A DNA stretch of 64,000 nt from an uncultured Nitrososphaerales archaeon. Lineage in GTDB: Archaea; Thermoproteota; Nitrososphaeria; Nitrososphaerales; Nitrososphaeraceae. Positions 23,074 through 32,883 of this stretch are shown piece by piece. The position numbers were made by a program, and so were the translations under genes. Location: the NCBI GenBank assembly GCA_963709405.1, contig CAVPXM010000053.1:107154-171153 (forward strand). The letters are read 5' to 3'. The notes beneath the pieces were generated by a model that saw only the letters and a list, made by a program, of their open reading frames with translations, had not been told where the DNA came from and did not search any database. Numbering within the stretch: position 1 is the first letter of the stretch; every line of letters begins with the position of its first letter.

Positions 23074-23789
23074 GATAAAATAACATCAATTATAGTAAAT
23101 ATTGACTCTCTAAGAAGGTCATGTTTATCGGCGAGATGTAAGATTCAAGGGTTATAGGCAAAAAAAATAGCTCTGGTATACTTGGCCTGTATATATAAAA
23201 AAGGCTGGCCATCGCATTATTCGTACGATATCCAGATAAAGTCAATAAAGCATTACATACATTTCTTTTGCCATGACAAACCCTGGTTGACTGATATTTA
23301 TCGGTGGACGTAAGATTATACTCCCTTTTTATAGACAAGACTATCTTTTTATCTATTTTGCCTTTATGAGTAGTAGTATTAATATGTCTTCGTAACTGAT
23401 CTCGTAATTAGGAGATAGGCTACGGATACTGGCACAATATCGTTCCATAGGATCTTCTCTCTTTACTTTTCGTCATTTGGACGATACTAACTACTACTGC
23501 TTTGCCTTCTATCATCACTATAGCTCTAGAGTACAACTTCAAAAATCTCTCAGATTTCATGTTCTTCTTATTAGTATCATCTCGCACAGTCTTTACGATA
23601 GGCTAGAATTTAATGAATTTAATTACTCCTTTTAATTATGTTTGAATAGTTGTCCTGTGTATCTGTTTAATAGTACACCAACAAGTGAGATAAATCCAAA
23701 TTCATTTACAAGGATACCTAAAGTTCCAGGATTAGGCTTTTCTATGGTGATTTCTTGCAGTAACACCAGCATTGCTACACCTCCACCTA

Positions 23790-24050
23790 TTCCATGTTTA
23801 CTGCTACTGCTACTACTCTGACTACTGCCGCTACCATTTAACCGATTATTCGCTGCGGGTTGACCATCCTGTGCCATTCTGAATATTCAGCTTGTCCCTT
23901 CAAGTGTATCTCCATTTTTCACATCCTGAGCTTGATCCGCATGCCCTCCCCAACGTAACTAATGACTGTATTCAAATTATTGCCAGGACCAACTCATGAC
24001 CTTACCACCATTATAATTATTATTTTTTCTAGTAGTAAAGGAAGAACCGA
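23790..24050 (-). pseudogene. remnant of PQQ-dependent glucose/sorbosone dehydrogenase
   Basis: Stitched frames give YNGGKVM/.GPGNNLNTVISYVG.GHADQAQDVKNGDTLEGTS*IFRMAQDGQPAANNRL, matching the GSDH HNGG..GPD..LY..GD..G.ILR..DG..NP pattern. Confidence 0.55.
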
Positions 24051-24155
24051 AGTATTCCAAAAGCAATCTACGATATATAATTTTGACTGTTACCTGGGGT
24101 CAATTGTCGATTGTGTGGGTTGCTCCCATTGTCGGCTTGAAATAGCAACAGTTCA

Positions 24156-24596
24156 TCAAATCTTGAGTTTATGCGCGACTAGAAAAGTCATTAACATCAT
24201 TGCAAATAGGAGGACCCCAGAAGATAAATGAACAGCAACCAATAACGGTTCCAACTTTAAGTTAACGATTAACATACCCAAGACAATCTGAATCAAAATC
24301 AAAATAACAGATGCAATGGAGGTGTTTCTTGCGGATTTAACCTTTTTATTCGCGTAAGTAGCAGTGAAAATCACGCTGGCTGCTGTTATGACAACAAGCA
24401 TCCTGTGGAAATGTTCGAAAAAATATTTTTCTGGTGGAAAGCTAAATCCATTTGGGCATAATGGCCAACCAGGGCAGGATAATCCCTGATGAGAAGCAGC
24501 AATATATACTCCAAATAGCATAATGACATAAATTAAACTCAGAGAAATAAACGATAAAGCCAGCATATTTTTGTGAATGGTATCTTGCCTGGCCAT
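24156..24596 (-). CDS. ctaA: short (4-TM) heme A synthase, COX15/CtaA family
   Basis: GLSCPGWPLCPNG, FEHFHR, IQIVLG, VAVHL motifs. Confidence 0.85.
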   Translation of the reverse strand: MARQDTIHKNMLALSFISLSLIYVIMLFGVYIAASHQGLSCPGWPLCPNGFSFPPEKYFFEHFHRMLVVITAASVIFTATYANKKVKSARNTSIASVILILIQIVLGMLIVNLKLEPLLVAVHLSSGVLLFAMMLMTFLVAHKLKI

Positions 24597-24783
24597 GAAG
24601 TAAGTCCCAATTAGCTGATTATTAATCTTAGTTTAATGGATTTCCGTGTTCAAAATTTGGTAGAATGTAAGTTGTTACGTTCTATCCTGACTTCACATGC
24701 TTGTTTAATGATGTAATTTTAGATTAGTTTAATATACCAAAATGAATACATAGAATTTACTCAGGTATAGGGTTAATGGTGGG

Positions 24784-25167
24784 ATGAATACTAACATAAT
24801 TGCAATTGTCGCCATATCATTTATGTCAGTTGGGATAATATGGGCAGTTGGCAATCTGACCCATACCACTATTGAATCAAAAGTTAAAACTGCAAATGGC
24901 GTATTACTGATAGCGCAAGATAATCGCTTTAACGTGACTAATCCCACAATCTATGCAAGCACAAACCTTCCAAAAAAACTAATCATACTAAACAAAGATT
25001 TCGTTAGACATGATTTCATTGTTGATGGTTTAGGCATTAATACATCTTACCTGTCTGCCGATCAGTCTTTTATAACCGCCATTGCCACAAAAAAAGCAGG
25101 AATATATGAATATTATTGCTCTTTGCATCCAGAAACTATGAGAGGGAAAATAGTAGTAAAGTCATAG
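24784..25167 (+). CDS. membrane-anchored cupredoxin (blue copper protein)
   Basis: N-terminal TM/signal, NKDFVRHDF, type-1 Cu ligands YYCSLHPETMRG. Confidence 0.88.
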   Translation: MNTNIIAIVAISFMSVGIIWAVGNLTHTTIESKVKTANGVLLIAQDNRFNVTNPTIYASTNLPKKLIILNKDFVRHDFIVDGLGINTSYLSADQSFITAIATKKAGIYEYYCSLHPETMRGKIVVKS

Positions 25168-25317
25168 ATAGAGGATTATGAATATAAACGCATACATACC
25201 TCAATCGACAGTCATAATCATTTGAGATACATATTAGCCTACATTTTACTTTTATTTGAAGTTCATAGCCCAAAAATTATGACAAAGCGCAATATACCCA
25301 ATATTTTCTAATTCTTT

Positions 25318-27846
25318 TTGGTGCAAATATATAATGTTGTCCTGTGTAACAAGTTAAGCATATTAATGAATTTAGGAAATGGGAGATCTTTTGTTTTAAG
25401 GATGGTTCTTATGTCATTCTCCCAAGTTCTAGCTGAAATTGTCAGACGTAAAAAGGATCCTGGTAACCGTGACTGTGATTCATATGAGCATTCGCGATCT
25501 AGTGGTTATTCATTCAGCTTAACATATAACGATCTCGCCAGATGGTTATTCATAACACTAGCTTTTATGGGTATTCTGGCTACCGGTTGGTTTGGGATAC
25601 CACTTGCACCAAGATATCTAGCACTCCATCAGGTCGATATACAAGCTGAAATATTCACGTTATTTAGTGCATTAGGCACTATCTGGGGCGTAATGGCGTA
25701 TCGTGAGTTGACAAGATCAGGCGTGCTCATCGTGGAAGTAAGAGACCTTGCACGCAATCTCGATCCACTTATGGGGAATTACGATTATCGATCTTATAAT
25801 CCTGAAACTAAGGAGTACGAAAATGGCTATCTTCCACTTGGTCCAATAGACTTTTGGGATAAAGAAACCCAAGTGCCGACGTGGCTAGATAAAGGCAAAT
25901 ATTGGCATGTCTTACTTGGCCTTCAAACTGGGACTAAGGAAATTATTCTTCAGGTTGTACGGGATACCGATCTGCCATTTGCAGTGGACAGAAGAAACGT
26001 CGCTGTTACCTATAAAGAGACGATATCACAAGATGGATCCCAACGCAAGACAAATAAACGTTACAGATACAGGGTAAAAATACCGCAGTGGTTAGTCATG
26101 AATACTGACCGAGTCAGGTTGATGGATCGCCAAAAAGGAGTACAAGTTGACGATGCCAAGATTGGTACGCTTATAGCAGAGCTTAACAGGAAACTTGTTC
26201 TGGCCTCGGAGGAAATTGTAGAGAGGGAAAGAGCAAGAATCAAATATCCATGGAAATTAACGACGCTAGGTATTTATATAAATAAGAGCCTCCCTATTCG
26301 ACTAATTTACAATGAAATCATTAGACATCTACCTGGTGCAAAAAAGAGATCTATTGCATATACGAATGAGAACCTTGCCAATATAAAAGACGACGAGCTA
26401 ATTTCTGCCATAGTTCAGGCTGCCATGCAGAGAGGAATATCTGATGACAAGATTTTTAGAATTAGAGCACTCGTGCGATTCCTTCAAAAATCATACACGT
26501 CCCAAGGAATTGGTGAAGGATCGAGTGAATATCATAATTTCCATCATACCCTCGAAGTCTCTTATTTAAGCCTACAAATGCTACCGCGAGAATTTCGCAA
26601 CTATAGGTTTAATTCGACTGATTATGAGTTGCTTCTGATAGCTGGTCTTTTACATGATTATGACCCAGCTCAGCTAGAGTCCGATCGTAACCCTGGTACT
26701 AGTCCCAAAGGACCCAATGTTGTAAGAACTATAAATGAGATACAACGGACTGGGATTCATGATGCATATTTTACGATGAGTGGGTATGAATTTGAAAATT
26801 ACTTTAGAGAATATAAATCAGCACTCTTGCCTCCAATAGAATTTGCGACAACTCATCCTGAGTATATTATGCCGCAAAACAGAGGAGTAAACGAAAGTAA
26901 AATTATTGAAGCATTGATCTGGAGAACTGATTTCCCATATTTTAAGCAAGAGCTGGCTCAGAAGAGATTTTCTGAACATATATCTGATCTTGAAAAGACT
27001 GGTTCCGATTCAAGTAAGATAAAGATAATTGGCGAGATACTGTGGCTAGCTGATTTATCTGTTACCTATATGGGTTCAGATCCAATTAGGGCTTGGGTCA
27101 GAGTCACCAACCTATATGAAGAACTATATCTTCCAAAAGTTGAAGCTGTGTCAAGAACCGATGAGTTTTTTTCAGATTTTGCCGAGACCGATCTCTTTAA
27201 GGAGCTAATCCGTATCCGACATTTTCCGGATATCTTTAGACAAAGATGGAACCTTATATACCAATTTTTTCATGAGGGCAATCCGTCAACACAACTGAAC
27301 AGAACTATTAACAAGGCACGAGGACTATACCTTAAAGTTAATATAGAAATAGAAATGCGGAGCGGGGATATCTTGGAAGAAATCGCAGTAAATAATTGGG
27401 CAGAGTATTTTATCGGCATCGGGAAAGACCAGACAGAGGTCTCTAGGGCAAAGTCAAGGTTTGCCGATTTAGATCCACCTAATGCTTCATCATTTTGGGG
27501 AGACACTCATAAGTTAATCCCAAACATTGCAAATAGATCTGTTGACAATTTTTTTCTTGTTTTACCTGAAAAAGATCTCTCCAAATCTATGAATAGCGAA
27601 AAATCAGGAATGACATCCCTATTGTCGCACATGTCAGCTAAATTAAGAGCAAGGGGATCTCTTCAGGTTCTAACAGACATCGAAGAATCTAGTAAATGCT
27701 TCACCGACCTCATATCAATTTGTGCAAACTCAGGCTTCCATATAGATTCTGGCAGACTCCGCAAAGAATATTTTCCAACGAAAATAGGCGAACCATATTT
27801 TATTGTTGGTCGTAAAGTTCAGACTTTAGTTTTCAATTTAGATTAA
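25318..27846 (+). CDS. membrane-anchored HD/PDEase-like phosphohydrolase with C-terminal methyltransferase-like fold
   Basis: two TM helices, YHNFHHTLEV, AGLLHDYD, LWLADLS; C-terminal Rossmann-like region. True start may be ~25402-25411. Confidence 0.75.
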   Translation: MVQIYNVVLCNKLSILMNLGNGRSFVLRMVLMSFSQVLAEIVRRKKDPGNRDCDSYEHSRSSGYSFSLTYNDLARWLFITLAFMGILATGWFGIPLAPRYLALHQVDIQAEIFTLFSALGTIWGVMAYRELTRSGVLIVEVRDLARNLDPLMGNYDYRSYNPETKEYENGYLPLGPIDFWDKETQVPTWLDKGKYWHVLLGLQTGTKEIILQVVRDTDLPFAVDRRNVAVTYKETISQDGSQRKTNKRYRYRVKIPQWLVMNTDRVRLMDRQKGVQVDDAKIGTLIAELNRKLVLASEEIVERERARIKYPWKLTTLGIYINKSLPIRLIYNEIIRHLPGAKKRSIAYTNENLANIKDDELISAIVQAAMQRGISDDKIFRIRALVRFLQKSYTSQGIGEGSSEYHNFHHTLEVSYLSLQMLPREFRNYRFNSTDYELLLIAGLLHDYDPAQLESDRNPGTSPKGPNVVRTINEIQRTGIHDAYFTMSGYEFENYFREYKSALLPPIEFATTHPEYIMPQNRGVNESKIIEALIWRTDFPYFKQELAQKRFSEHISDLEKTGSDSSKIKIIGEILWLADLSVTYMGSDPIRAWVRVTNLYEELYLPKVEAVSRTDEFFSDFAETDLFKELIRIRHFPDIFRQRWNLIYQFFHEGNPSTQLNRTINKARGLYLKVNIEIEMRSGDILEEIAVNNWAEYFIGIGKDQTEVSRAKSRFADLDPPNASSFWGDTHKLIPNIANRSVDNFFLVLPEKDLSKSMNSEKSGMTSLLSHMSAKLRARGSLQVLTDIEESSKCFTDLISICANSGFHIDSGRLRKEYFPTKIGEPYFIVGRKVQTLVFNLD

Positions 27847-28024
27847 CCCAATAATGGAGGATCTATTTCGACAGCTATCGACTGAGTATAGACAAAGATG
27901 AGGAATTGTTGGAAACGTTCTACATCGTAATATATTAATCGTCGCCATTAAAAGTAATGTCATGTGTGCATGAAACATTTGTTGGCAAAAGAAAGACACT
28001 ACTCCTGACCTTATCAGACAGGAT

Positions 28025-28441
28025 TTACTGGAGTAATTTTTCCAAAACTTCCTCCAGTTTTGGAACAGTTTTGTAATTTTTTAAATCATGTGGCAACACC
28101 CATATGTATTCATCGTGTTCCCAATCCAGCTTGATTGACTGCGTACTTGATTGAAACAAGTATGGATGCACAATCCAGATAATATTAGGAAGCTGGGCAT
28201 CTGTGGCCTCCAATGGGTCTGCACTTCTAAGAAGAGTGACCTGACTTTCTGTAAGGCCACTTTCCTCTCGTATTTCCTTCAGAGCCTGAGCTAATGGGTC
28301 TTCATTCTCTAGATAGCCACTTATTCCAGCCCACATTCCTTTCATTGTTCTAACCCTAGAGCTGCGTTTAAGAAGCAATATCCTTCCTCCATGTTCCAGA
28401 AAGACTGTGACAACTCTGATTCTAATATCGCTGACAGTCAC
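28025..28441 (-). CDS. NUDIX hydrolase
   Basis: LLLKRS, W..ISGYLE..DPLAQALKEIREESGL Nudix box, LDWEH. Confidence 0.9.
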   Translation of the reverse strand: MTVSDIRIRVVTVFLEHGGRILLLKRSSRVRTMKGMWAGISGYLENEDPLAQALKEIREESGLTESQVTLLRSADPLEATDAQLPNIIWIVHPYLFQSSTQSIKLDWEHDEYIWVLPHDLKNYKTVPKLEEVLEKLLQ

Positions 28442-28555
28442 AACTCATTTTAATTGGAAGATAGTATTAGATTTTTATATCGAGCTCTTATTCGTACTTC
28501 AAGTCTTATCTTGAACAATTTGAATAGGCTACGATTTCGAGCCAATCAACATCGA

Positions 28556-29377
28556 TCACAAAGACAGTATATCAAGACCGTAACGCTCTATCAAATGCAC
28601 TATTCTAGTCCTTTCCTTACCTAAACCCTTCTTGTCAACTACAATATGAGTTACCTTTTCGATGCTCTTCGAGGACATTTGTTCTAACATGTAATGGTCG
28701 ACAAGAGTTAGGTTATGCTTAGCAGCTATGGTAGCAAGACCATATTCTGATTCCAGCAACAACTTATTAAATTTAGCTGGATAGTGTGACCCACCAAGCC
28801 CGATACCTACTTTATCACAACTCCTGAATCCTGTCGCAATCACCTCCAATATTGCGTCGCACAGAATTGAAGCTGCGTTAGTATCAGCCCACTGATTGGC
28901 CGTCGAACCTATCTCCACAAATAGAATTGGACTCTGTAATGATGTTGGTCCGTGATGTGTGGCTTCAATACTTATTTCGTAATCTGGCACTAATGATTTC
29001 TTACTGTTAATTCGATGAATGAGATTTTTCTGTAAGGATGGAAAAGTTAATCCAAGTTCTCTTGGGTTACCTCCAAAATGGTTATCTGAAAAATTACCTG
29101 TAGAGTGACAAGTTAATGCTGGAATTTTCTTGGCCGATTCGTGTTTGGACAGAAAGATTAATGCCTTTGATCTTTGAACACGTACGTCAAGAGTATCTAA
29201 GGAAAGAAGTTCGAGATTGGATACATAAAGTCTGGCATTTTTATGGATTTTAGATTCAAAGATATTAGACCCGTGCTCGAGAGCTTCAAACCCCTTATTA
29301 TTTATTAGATAGTTTGACATAGTCGTACTCGCCAAATCTTTTTTCGAAGCTATAAGGGTATAAGATTCTTCTTTCAT
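28556..29377 (-). CDS. dtdA: D-aminoacyl-tRNA deacylase (archaeal DTD2)
   Basis: FLSKHES, LTCHSTGNF, EATHHGPT, FVEIGS, GLGGSHY. Confidence 0.92.
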   Translation of the reverse strand: MKEESYTLIASKKDLASTTMSNYLINNKGFEALEHGSNIFESKIHKNARLYVSNLELLSLDTLDVRVQRSKALIFLSKHESAKKIPALTCHSTGNFSDNHFGGNPRELGLTFPSLQKNLIHRINSKKSLVPDYEISIEATHHGPTSLQSPILFVEIGSTANQWADTNAASILCDAILEVIATGFRSCDKVGIGLGGSHYPAKFNKLLLESEYGLATIAAKHNLTLVDHYMLEQMSSKSIEKVTHIVVDKKGLGKERTRIVHLIERYGLDILSL

Positions 29378-30096
29378 GAATGTTGTTTATGTTAGCAGAA
29401 AGTCGCTTATTTTTATGTTTGATAGACTTTGATGGGCTAGGAGCGGAGGTTTTCGAAATGTACTCCACAATTCCAGATAACATATTCGTACAGTTTAATT
29501 TCTGTATATGTTAATTTATGAATGTGGATTGATTTTAAAACAGTTACATGACCAGACCTAGTTTTTTGTTTCTCTGATGAATACTGTTATATTTTAACAT
29601 CTGGAGACATCGATAATGGTGTAGGACTTGTCTTGGCTCCATATTTTCCTTGATCCTTCCGATCAATATAGTCCATCGTTAGCTAATCGTAGATCAAGCG
29701 TTGTCAAGTCTGCTGCTCTTCACGATACTTTATTACATTTTATTGTGAATCGAGTAATCTGTTAGTCTTTCTATTCCTTTGTATCTAGATGTATATTATG
29801 TCCTTTATTTTCTACAGATCATTCCTTCAAACATTAGATACTGAATATAACCGGTATAGTCTTTTACGTATTTGCTTAAACTTCGTGATTGCTGTATGAC
29901 GACACATTACCAAGTCTAACCAACTTTAGTACGCGATATTGTCATCTGTATTCGTAAAATATAGCCTCTAATAATGAGCCATATATCTGAGACTATCATT
30001 GAAGATAGTGCAGAGCATATGACTATTTGATTCAAAATTGCGTATTAGTATTGCACAAGTTAAGTAAATTTATAAATTGCATTAGATTATCGATTA

Positions 30097-30771
30097 ATGA
30101 AAATAAGAAATATGAACAATTATCTTGAAAAAAGTAAACATTCTGATGATGACACTTTTGATGATTTATCTGAGGTAGGAGATAATGATACGGAGAACTT
30201 GGAAAGAATTGAGGGTACAGAAATAGCTGAACATCTTGACGAGGGGTCGCACTCATCCACATCTCGGGACGAAATATCTTCTATCGAGAGTGCAAATACC
30301 GTTTTACCAGAAGAGAAGTTAAAGACTATAGAATCTAAATTTTTTGCAATTAGAACCACAGGTGGACAGGAGCGAGTGGTAGCAAATATTCTACAAAATA
30401 AGATCAATGCTAAGAAACTTGGAATCTATTCTATACTTGTACTAGACAGCTTTAAGGGTTACATAATAATCGAGGCACCAGACTCGATGGTCGCCTTTGA
30501 AGCATTGTCGGGGGTTAGGCACGTAAGAGGACAGATTCGTGGAGAATTGCCATTCAAAGATATCGAAGGTTATATTGTCAAGAAACCTGTAGTAGCCGAA
30601 CTGAGCGTAGATGACACCGTGGAAGTTATCGGAGGTCCTTTCAAATCAATGAAGGCCAAGATAACAAGAGTCGACTATGAGAAACAAGAGGCAACTGTAG
30701 TACTGCTCGATTCACCTTACCAGATACCGGTTACCGTAGATGCAAATTATTTGAAAAAGGCGTTACACTAG
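30097..30771 (+). CDS. spt5: transcription elongation factor Spt5 with acidic N-terminal extension
   Basis: NGN domain FAIRTTGGQERVVA..KGYIIIEA; KOW VEVIGGPFKSMKAKI. Confidence 0.95.
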   Translation: MKIRNMNNYLEKSKHSDDDTFDDLSEVGDNDTENLERIEGTEIAEHLDEGSHSSTSRDEISSIESANTVLPEEKLKTIESKFFAIRTTGGQERVVANILQNKINAKKLGIYSILVLDSFKGYIIIEAPDSMVAFEALSGVRHVRGQIRGELPFKDIEGYIVKKPVVAELSVDDTVEVIGGPFKSMKAKITRVDYEKQEATVVLLDSPYQIPVTVDANYLKKALH

Positions 30772-30949
30772 CGATATTTGCATGTTCATTTATAGAGGAA
30801 AGGAATCGAAACGTTATATTCTAGATTTAATACTCGCATTCAGTCCAAATATAGTAGTTTAGAAACTATCTATTGTACTGTTCATATTATGAATTCTATG
30901 CTCACTGCTTCTGTGACTCACAATACAACTGTATCATAATATATGGAAG

Positions 30950-31150
30950 ATGGCTGGCAGGAACGCTAGAAAAGTATCCGGGAGTTGGTGCCATAAAGAG
31001 TTGAATAGAAGAGATAAGAAAAGACTATTGATATATACCGGAATTGCGCTAATTGCTAGTGGCACTATCTTAATGATCCTGCTATACACCCTGGTATACT
31101 GGCATACTACGAAGACTATGCACGAGAATATCAATACTAGGCAGCGGTAA
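30950..31150 (+). CDS. small single-TM hypothetical protein
   Basis: 66-aa ORF, basic stretch followed by hydrophobic helix. Confidence 0.45.
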   Translation: MAGRNARKVSGSWCHKELNRRDKKRLLIYTGIALIASGTILMILLYTLVYWHTTKTMHENINTRQR

Positions 31151-31369
31151 GGCATTGGTGGAAATATTCATTAGATCGACTGGGGGTAATTATTTACTCA
31201 GCCCCTATTATAACGATAGATAGAAGTAAGTATTTCACCTTGTAAAATGTGACATATTAATAATTCTATCAGAAAAAAGTACACATTGGGATCTGGAATC
31301 TCCACCCGGATGGTGTCTTTATTGTTCCATTTTATTGAGTTGTTATTATACATGCGTCCATACTCTTCC

Positions 31370-31936
31370 CTACAATTTGCTTTCCATCTGGCTAAGCGAA
31401 CTGACCCTAATAGGCCAATTGAAACCAACATTCCATGGTTGATTGAATAGGATCCCCGTTTTTGGTGGGGTAATATCGATCAAGTTTACCGGTGCATCGT
31501 CTACTAGAATGTCAAATTGATAATTTGCTTTTGGTGTTCCATCATATACGAATATAAGATCGTCAGAAAAGATGTCATGGTAATCGAGCCAGTTTGCAAC
31601 ATACGATACGGTGGGTCGTTCCCTTTTTGTAAGAATTGAAATCCTATAGCCTTTTTTGTGAATTCGGTTAACAATATCTGCCAAGTTAGGCTCAGATGGA
31701 GGAATATCCTTCCATAGGCGAGTCCAAACATATATAAAAATGTTAGAGATTTCCGCAGCAGTTATCGGCAGAATCTTTGTAATATCCCAGGATGTTATTT
31801 CATCCTTGGTTATCCTAGTTTTGTTGATCCTACTAAATACTGCCGTCCATAATTTCATTGTGTCTGCCAAGACCGAGTCTAGGTCAATTGCGAGTGTTCT
31901 AGTCACATCGATTTCAGACGAGTATAAGGGATACAT
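31370..31936 (-). CDS. 5'(3')-deoxyribonucleotidase-like HAD hydrolase
   Basis: AIDLDSVLAD, ILTKR, DILVDDAPVN, LFNQPWN. Confidence 0.85.
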   Translation of the reverse strand: MYPLYSSEIDVTRTLAIDLDSVLADTMKLWTAVFSRINKTRITKDEITSWDITKILPITAAEISNIFIYVWTRLWKDIPPSEPNLADIVNRIHKKGYRISILTKRERPTVSYVANWLDYHDIFSDDLIFVYDGTPKANYQFDILVDDAPVNLIDITPPKTGILFNQPWNVGFNWPIRVSSLSQMESKL

Positions 31937-32218
31937 ATTTGTAATGACACTCTGGTTAGGCTATGAATTCAATTCAATTTAGTAGATCTCCATTAATCAG
32001 ACAAAAGTGGATGGACTGTTCATGTAAACTGATGAGTTGGCTTTGCAGAATCGATCTTAGCAGACTAGCAAATCTATCTCATGCATCATTAGATATCAAT
32101 CTATTAATCAATTTATCGAAATACTAATAGTCTTGGTCTTGATATCAAGCAAAAAATTCTAGTTAATATGATCTTTACCAAAGACATTTATATCTAGCTA
32201 CAGGCTCCGTGGTAAATT

Positions 32219-32700
32219 ATGGCTGAAAAGAAATCTGTGAATGCACTAGTTAGTGGCGGAGAGGCAAGCGCTGGACCACCACTTGGTCCGGCGTTAGGCC
32301 CAATTGGAGTGAATGTATTACAAGTTGTAAACGCGATTAATGAGAAGACCAAGGATTTTCCTGGCATGAAAGTCCCTGTGAAGGTAGAAGTTGATTCAGA
32401 CACCAAACAATTTACTGTTGAAGTAGGAGTTCCACCTACAGCGAGCTTTAATACTAAAAGAGGCAGGAATAACTAAAGGTTCTGGTACTACAGGGTACAG
32501 CCAGTGCAGGAAAGATCACAATGAATAGCATAGTCAAAATTGCGAAGATGAAGATCGATAATTCCTATGCCAGCAGCATCAAAAGTGCCGCGAAAGAAGT
32601 CATAGGCTCATGTCTAAGTATCGGAATCTTAATCGATGACAAGACGCCAAAGGAAACCTACATCGAAATTAAAAACGGTATGTATAAAGAACTCCTTTAA
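32219..32700 (+). CDS. rpl11: 50S ribosomal protein uL11 (two +1 frameshifts at ~32443 and ~32494, likely sequence errors)
   Basis: [20 protein letters not shown]; shifted frames continue [14 protein letters not shown] and [30 protein letters not shown] to TAA at 32700. Confidence 0.92.
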
Positions 32701-32883
32701 GTGGTCGGATACTTCGCTATATTGGTAATGATTCAAAACTCTCGCTGGTCGTAATCATTAATTATGTTCTGATCATTTGGAATATTTTAAGATTCTAGAT
32801 CCCGTTTTTGGCAATCAATATAGTAAATTTAAAATATCCCGAAGCATGCCATCTATTCTATTAATTTTAGGTGAATATGTGAA

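Noticed and set aside
15800-24100. tRNA-targeted integrated element (attL/attR)
   Set aside because: No duplicate of either tRNA 3' end and no integrase gene recognised
29298-30050. Expected secE near spt5
   Set aside because: No ORF with the KP-x3-E motif plus TM helix found; the 61-aa ORF lacks a hydrophobic segment
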